Below, in pieces: positions 37,158-41,064 of a stretch of 41,064 bases of DNA. The position numbers and the translations under genes were made by a program. The notes below the pieces were generated by a model. That model had not been told where the DNA came from. It was given only the letters and a program-made list of their open reading frames with translations, and ran no database searches. This DNA is from Nitrospirota bacterium (GTDB lineage Bacteria; Nitrospirota; JAOUDF01), in contig JAOUDF010000002.1 of assembly GCA_029859385.1 (NCBI GenBank), positions 1-41,064 of the forward strand, in the 5' to 3' direction. Position 1 is the stretch's first letter. Each line of letters opens with the position of its first letter.

Positions 37158-38417
37158 TCAACGACGCTTCAACCAAAGTATCGGGTCTTCCGGGTCACCG
37201 CCGTTACGTACCTCGAAATAAAGATCAGGCCCCTTCAGAGACCCCGTATCCCCTACCTTGCCGATCAAGGCCCCCTGGTCGACACTGTCGCCTTCTCTTA
37301 CCAGAATATCGGCAAGATGGGCATATACAGTATAGTAGGTTTCTCCATGGTCAAGAATCACCGCCTTGCCGTAGCCCTTGAGCCAGTTTGAGTAAATCAC
37401 ATTGCCCCGGAAGACGGCCGAAACCTCGCTACCGGCGGCAGCGGCAATCTCCACCCCTTTTCGGATTGTCTGTTCCTTTGTCTGACTGTCAACATAACGC
37501 CCGAACCTGCCGACTACCTCACCGGCTGCCGGCCATATCAAACGTCCTTTTGCCGCACTGAAGGCGGACGGCCTTTCAGCCCCCTTTACGGAAGCATCTT
37601 TCCGTGCCGCGTGCACAGGGGCAGAAGCAGCCGGCGGAGATACGGCCGCGGAAACCGACGGTGGCGCCGTCTGAGTCTTTTCAGGAGCCTTCTTGGCCTC
37701 CTTCAGAATAGCCTCAAGGTAGGTCGAAGACTCCTCCAACCCTTTCACCACACTGGCGTAGAAGCTTTTTTCTTTCCTTATCGTCGCCAGCAGGTCTTTC
37801 TTTTCCTTTAGCCGCTGCGCGACTTCCGCGCTCTTTCTGGAAGCCTCCTCCTGGAGGGGGACAAGCTCCTTCTTCTGCGCTTCAAGTTCGGCGAATTTCG
37901 ATAGTGCCTCAGCAGTGGCCTTGCTGAAATTCTCCAGGAGTTTCTGGTCATGCTCAGCAACCAGGGACAAGGAACGATAGTGGCGCAATGCAGATGCGTG
38001 CGTATCAGACGCAAAAATGGAGCTGTAATATCCATGCCGCCCCTGTTTGTACATAGCCCTCAACCGTGCGCCGACCACTTCAGCCCCCGAGGTAACCCTG
38101 GCCCGGGCTTCCTCGAGTTGAGCGTTGAGGCGACTGATCTCACCCTCAACTTCCCCGAGTTTTTTATTGACCTTACGCTCTTCCCACCTGGCGTCAGACA
38201 GCATCTTCCCTGATCTCTCGAACTCATCAAAGATAACCTTTTCCTTTCGGGCTACCTCCTGCATCGATTCTTTCTGTTCCTTCAGGTGTCCCTTGAGGCG
38301 CTCGACCTCTTCCTGCACGCGGGCCGTTTCTTCTCCGACCTCGGCTGATACGCCGGAGACAAAGACAGCAAGAATGAACATGCCGGCCATAAAGCAACGA
38401 CAAAGCAGAGCAGTCAT
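37158..38417 (-). CDS. EnvC-like murein hydrolase activator (coiled coil plus degenerate LytM/M23 domain)
   Basis: Signal peptide MTALLCRCFMAGMFILAVFVSGVSA, a long coiled coil and a C-terminal M23 fold. The metal ligands are substituted (KGVEIAA in place of HxGxD; DLYFEV in place of HxH). Start taken at M25, 1 nt after the ftsX stop. Confidence 0.8.
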   Translation of the reverse strand: MTALLCRCFMAGMFILAVFVSGVSAEVGEETARVQEEVERLKGHLKEQKESMQEVARKEKVIFDEFERSGKMLSDARWEERKVNKKLGEVEGEISRLNAQLEEARARVTSGAEVVGARLRAMYKQGRHGYYSSIFASDTHASALRHYRSLSLVAEHDQKLLENFSKATAEALSKFAELEAQKKELVPLQEEASRKSAEVAQRLKEKKDLLATIRKEKSFYASVVKGLEESSTYLEAILKEAKKAPEKTQTAPPSVSAAVSPPAASAPVHAARKDASVKGAERPSAFSAAKGRLIWPAAGEVVGRFGRYVDSQTKEQTIRKGVEIAAAAGSEVSAVFRGNVIYSNWLKGYGKAVILDHGETYYTVYAHLADILVREGDSVDQGALIGKVGDTGSLKGPDLYFEVRNGGDPEDPILWLKRR

Positions 38418-38418
38418 T

Positions 38419-39321
38419 TTATTCCGCCTTGAAAAAGGTCCTGACAGACAGAAAACTACCCGCCAGACCGAGGAAAACTCCTCCGGCAAGGAACGCGACG
38501 ATGTAACTGAGAGGAAGAAAATTCAGGACTATCCCCTGCAAAAGCGGGAATTGCGCGGATGAGAGAAACAGTGTCAGTGCATGATGGACGCCGTAATTTG
38601 CCGCCAACGCAAGGGCCGCACCAATTCCTCCCTGCAGCCCCCCTTCTATCATAAAGGGCCACTTAATAAAGGAATCGGTCGCCCCTATCAACTTCATGAT
38701 CTCCACTTCTTCCGAACGGGTATAGGCGGTAAGGCGGACCGTATTGGCAACGATGAAAGTGACGGAAAGAGCAAGCCCGACTCCCATCAAAATACTGAGG
38801 AGTCTCAGGGAAGCGAGAAATCGGGCGAAATTATCGAGCCAGTCCTTGCCATATTCGACACTCTCGACCCCTGCCATCTTTACGACCTCTCCCGCCATTC
38901 CACCGATATCGGCGGCAGTGCGGTAACCGGCCCTGAACCGGACTTCGAAGGACGAGGGAAGCGGATTTTGCGAAAGGCCCTGGAGGATGGCCTCCTGCCC
39001 CTTCAGCGATTTCCTGAACTCTTCCAGCGCCTGGTCCTTGGAGAGGAAGTCAACACTTTGCACTTCCTTGCGTTTCTGAAGGGCTGTAAGGAGCGACAAC
39101 CGCTGTTCTTCGGTTGAGTCGTCCATCAGGTAGACTGTCAGCTGGGCATCCCTGCTTATCCTGGCTGCAAAGGAGTCCAGGTTGGCCACACTCCAGAGGA
39201 AGATCGAAAAGATAAACATCGAAATTGCAATGGTGGTAACGGCAATGAGGTTGAGCAGCTTTGCCGACCGTATGCTGGTGAGCGCATCCTCCAGCAGGTA
39301 GGAGAACGTTCTAGCGCCCAT
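38419..39321 (-). CDS. ftsX: Cell division ABC transporter permease FtsX
   Basis: 300 aa with four TM segments and a large first periplasmic loop. Immediately downstream of ftsE, overlapping it by 11 nt. Confidence 0.88.
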   Translation of the reverse strand: MGARTFSYLLEDALTSIRSAKLLNLIAVTTIAISMFIFSIFLWSVANLDSFAARISRDAQLTVYLMDDSTEEQRLSLLTALQKRKEVQSVDFLSKDQALEEFRKSLKGQEAILQGLSQNPLPSSFEVRFRAGYRTAADIGGMAGEVVKMAGVESVEYGKDWLDNFARFLASLRLLSILMGVGLALSVTFIVANTVRLTAYTRSEEVEIMKLIGATDSFIKWPFMIEGGLQGGIGAALALAANYGVHHALTLFLSSAQFPLLQGIVLNFLPLSYIVAFLAGGVFLGLAGSFLSVRTFFKAE

Positions 39322-39985
39322 AATAACTGGTCCCCTCCGAAGCGACTTCTCCCTTTTCCAGCCGTATCACCCTTCTTCCGGTCTGCCTCACAATCTCGCG
39401 GTTGTGCGTCGCCATGACCACGGTAGTACCCCGCGCGCATATGTCCTTGAGAAGCTGGATAATCTCCAGAGACAGGTCGTAATCAAGATTGCCCGTAGGC
39501 TCGTCGGCAATCAACACTGCCGGCTCGTTCGCCAGCGCCCGGGCAATCACCACGCGCTGTTGTTCGCCGCCGGATAACTGGCTGGGCGTACACTCGGCCT
39601 TGTGCGCAAGACCAACCAGCTTCAGAAGCTGCGGCACCTTGGTGCTGATATCACGGTATGGTGTGCCCGTGACCCGCATGGGCAGCGCTACATTCTCAAA
39701 GATGCTCTTTCGGGACAGCAGCTTGAAATCCTGGAAAACGATCCCTATGCTCCGACGAAAAAAGGGCAGGCTTCGGGCGCCCAGCTTGCTCACGTCCCAG
39801 CTGGAGACCATGACCTCTCCGTCATCCGCCTGCTCCGAGCCGTAGATCATCTTGAGGATGGAGGTTTTCCCCGCACCGCTCGGCCCCGTAATAAAGACGA
39901 ACTCCCCCTTGTCGATCGACAGGGAAATATTCTTCAGGGCATAATGGTCGCCGAATTTTTTAGTCACGTTGGTAAACCGTATCAC
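39311..39985 (-). CDS. ftsE: Cell division ATP-binding protein FtsE
   Basis: Walker A GPSGAGKTS, signature LSGGEQQRV, Walker B LIADEPTGNLD. Confidence 0.92.
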   Translation of the reverse strand: MIRFTNVTKKFGDHYALKNISLSIDKGEFVFITGPSGAGKTSILKMIYGSEQADDGEVMVSSWDVSKLGARSLPFFRRSIGIVFQDFKLLSRKSIFENVALPMRVTGTPYRDISTKVPQLLKLVGLAHKAECTPSQLSGGEQQRVVIARALANEPAVLIADEPTGNLDYDLSLEIIQLLKDICARGTTVVMATHNREIVRQTGRRVIRLEKGEVASEGTSYYGR

Positions 39986-40254
39986 GCACCCCTCTCAATT
40001 CCGCTGAGATCAATGTCTCCTGCCTTAAGCGCGCCAATTGTGTCGCGGTGCTGGCTTTCCACCAGCTCCCTGACTCTCGCGGCCAGGTCTGCCTCTTGGG
40101 CAAAGCCCGAATAGTCCGTCTTTTTTGACGAAACAATCGCGCCTCCCTTGTATATCATGGTGACCACCTGTGAGGCACCGGTACCGAGGTCCTGGGTCTG
40201 GACATGGTAAACGACGCCGTCATGCTGAACATTGCTGTTGAGCCCCTGAATCAT
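39982..40254 (-). CDS. 90-aa hypothetical protein, translationally coupled to ftsE
   Basis: ATGA overlap with the ftsE start (39982-39985). AAGGA upstream of its ATG. A near-consensus promoter lies directly upstream. No family recognised. Confidence 0.5.
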   Translation of the reverse strand: MIQGLNSNVQHDGVVYHVQTQDLGTGASQVVTMIYKGGAIVSSKKTDYSGFAQEADLAARVRELVESQHRDTIGALKAGDIDLSGIERGA

Positions 40255-40282
40255 CTATGCACATCCTTTGAAAAGGTACACA

Positions 40283-40311
40283 ATTGTAACACCACCCCAG
40301 AACCGTTGCAA
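40283..40311 (-). promoter_or_regulatory. Near-consensus sigma70 promoter for the 90-aa-ORF/ftsEX/envC/ctpA operon
   Basis: The minus strand reads TTGCAA-CGGTTCTGGGGTGGTGT(17)-TACAAT. Confidence 0.5.
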
Positions 40312-40346
40312 CAACGCGATGACCGCTGAAATAGCGAGATCATTCG

Positions 40347-41064
40347 CTATTTGAAGTCCCGATACTGGAATATCATCGCCGATATCGACAGAACTATCGC
40401 TATATACAATGCAGTATATGCAGTAACAATGCCGATGTAACTCCACTCAACAGGCACGCCATAAACTACCTGGCCTTTAATATTAAAGTTCGAGAGATTC
40501 GGGAGCATATAGTACAAGAAATTTGTCACTTTTTGGATGACCAGCGATCCCGTTTTCGCACCAAATATCTTCAGGTCTTGAGACATGTGCCCGATAATGA
40601 AGACCGCGACGGTAAAGAGACTGCTTAGCACGGGAGTAGAAAAGGAAGAGAAAAGGATCGCTATGGCCGTGATCAGCATCAATTCCTGAAAGGTAAGCAG
40701 CACCGCCTTCAGCAGCGCAGGATCGGGGCTTTCATACAACGCTGTAACCGCCATGAATACGATGGTCATGATAACCACTTCTACAAAAAGCGTTAGAACC
40801 AGCCCGAGATATTTCCCGAGAAGGAACTGATAGCGGTGTATGGGCTTCGATATGATGGTATAGATTGTTCGCCGGTCGATTTCCTTATAGACCAGCCCGA
40901 TGCCGATAAATACGGCAATAAAAAGACCGAAGATCGAAATACTCGCCAGACCGAGATCAATAATAATCTTCTGCCGTTCTCCAAGAGTCAGAAGACTCAG
41001 TATGCTTGTCCCCCCGATCATTATCAGGGCAAAAAAGAGGAGCGTGTAGAGGACCTTGTCCCTT
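40347..41064 (-). CDS. ABC-2-type transporter permease (NosY-like); the N-terminus runs off the right edge
   Basis: Polytopic sequence with KEIDRRTIYTIISKPIHRYQFLLGKYLG, typical of ABC-2 permeases. The reading frame stays open upstream of the ORF-track Met (…RDKVLYTLLFFALIMIGG) to nt 41063. Confidence 0.7.
   Translation of the reverse strand, partial: RDKVLYTLLFFALIMIGGTSILSLLTLGERQKIIIDLGLASISIFGLFIAVFIGIGLVYKEIDRRTIYTIISKPIHRYQFLLGKYLGLVLTLFVEVVIMTIVFMAVTALYESPDPALLKAVLLTFQELMLITAIAILFSSFSTPVLSSLFTVAVFIIGHMSQDLKIFGAKTGSLVIQKVTNFLYYMLPNLSNFNIKGQVVYGVPVEWSYIGIVTAYTALYIAIVLSISAMIFQYRDFK

Noticed and set aside
40329-40352. 9-bp hairpin AAATAGCGA/TCGCTATTT overlapping the ABC-2 permease stop codon
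   Set aside because: The stem is AT-rich with no U-tract on the minus strand, so it is not convincing as a terminator.

Overview
Bacterial chromosomal window; the left edge looks like a contig end. The flanks are GC-rich housekeeping genes. Left flank: partial murJ, a heme-c (CxxCH) sensor fused to an HD-GYP c-di-GMP phosphodiesterase, a Lys/Ala-repeat histone-H1-like protein, mutS, a small lipoprotein, a 3D-domain protein and a stand-alone 72-aa membrane protein. Right flank: an nfeD-slipin-marC-DUF2062-lipoate-ligase-like operon, a PepSY protein, initiator tRNA-Met with its own near-consensus promoter, CIRCE-controlled groES-groEL, and a small-ORF-ftsE-ftsX-envC-ctpA operon, ending in a partial ABC-2 permease. 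The centre (about 7.3-28.5 kb) is a visibly AT-richer, almost gap-free, 16-gene minus-strand Wzx/Wzy-type polysaccharide locus. In transcription order it encodes: Wza-like exporter, SDR, B12-radical SAM, Wzz-like co-polymerase, small TM ORF, FAD oxidoreductase, initiating sugar transferase, O-antigen-ligase-like polymerase, two GT2s, SAM methyltransferase, flippase, NPP-type alkaline-phosphatase-family enzyme, acyltransferase_3, PD40 beta-propeller, and a second NPP-type enzyme. A divergent GT2 and a PEP-CTERM sorting-signal protein sit next to it. I saw no CRISPR array, transposase, integrase or rRNA. Best candidates for something new: (a) the operon-tail module of two cytoplasmic NPP-like phosphodiesterases bracketing an O-acyltransferase and a membrane-anchored PD40 propeller; (b) the B12-radical SAM enzyme and the triple-domain Wza; (c) candidate sigma54 promoters plus a 19-bp palindrome in front of the locus; (d) a 427-nt hairpin-rich non-coding spacer with a 45-codon RBS-preceded ORF at the locus boundary. 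All functional calls rest on by-eye motif recognition, with no database search.
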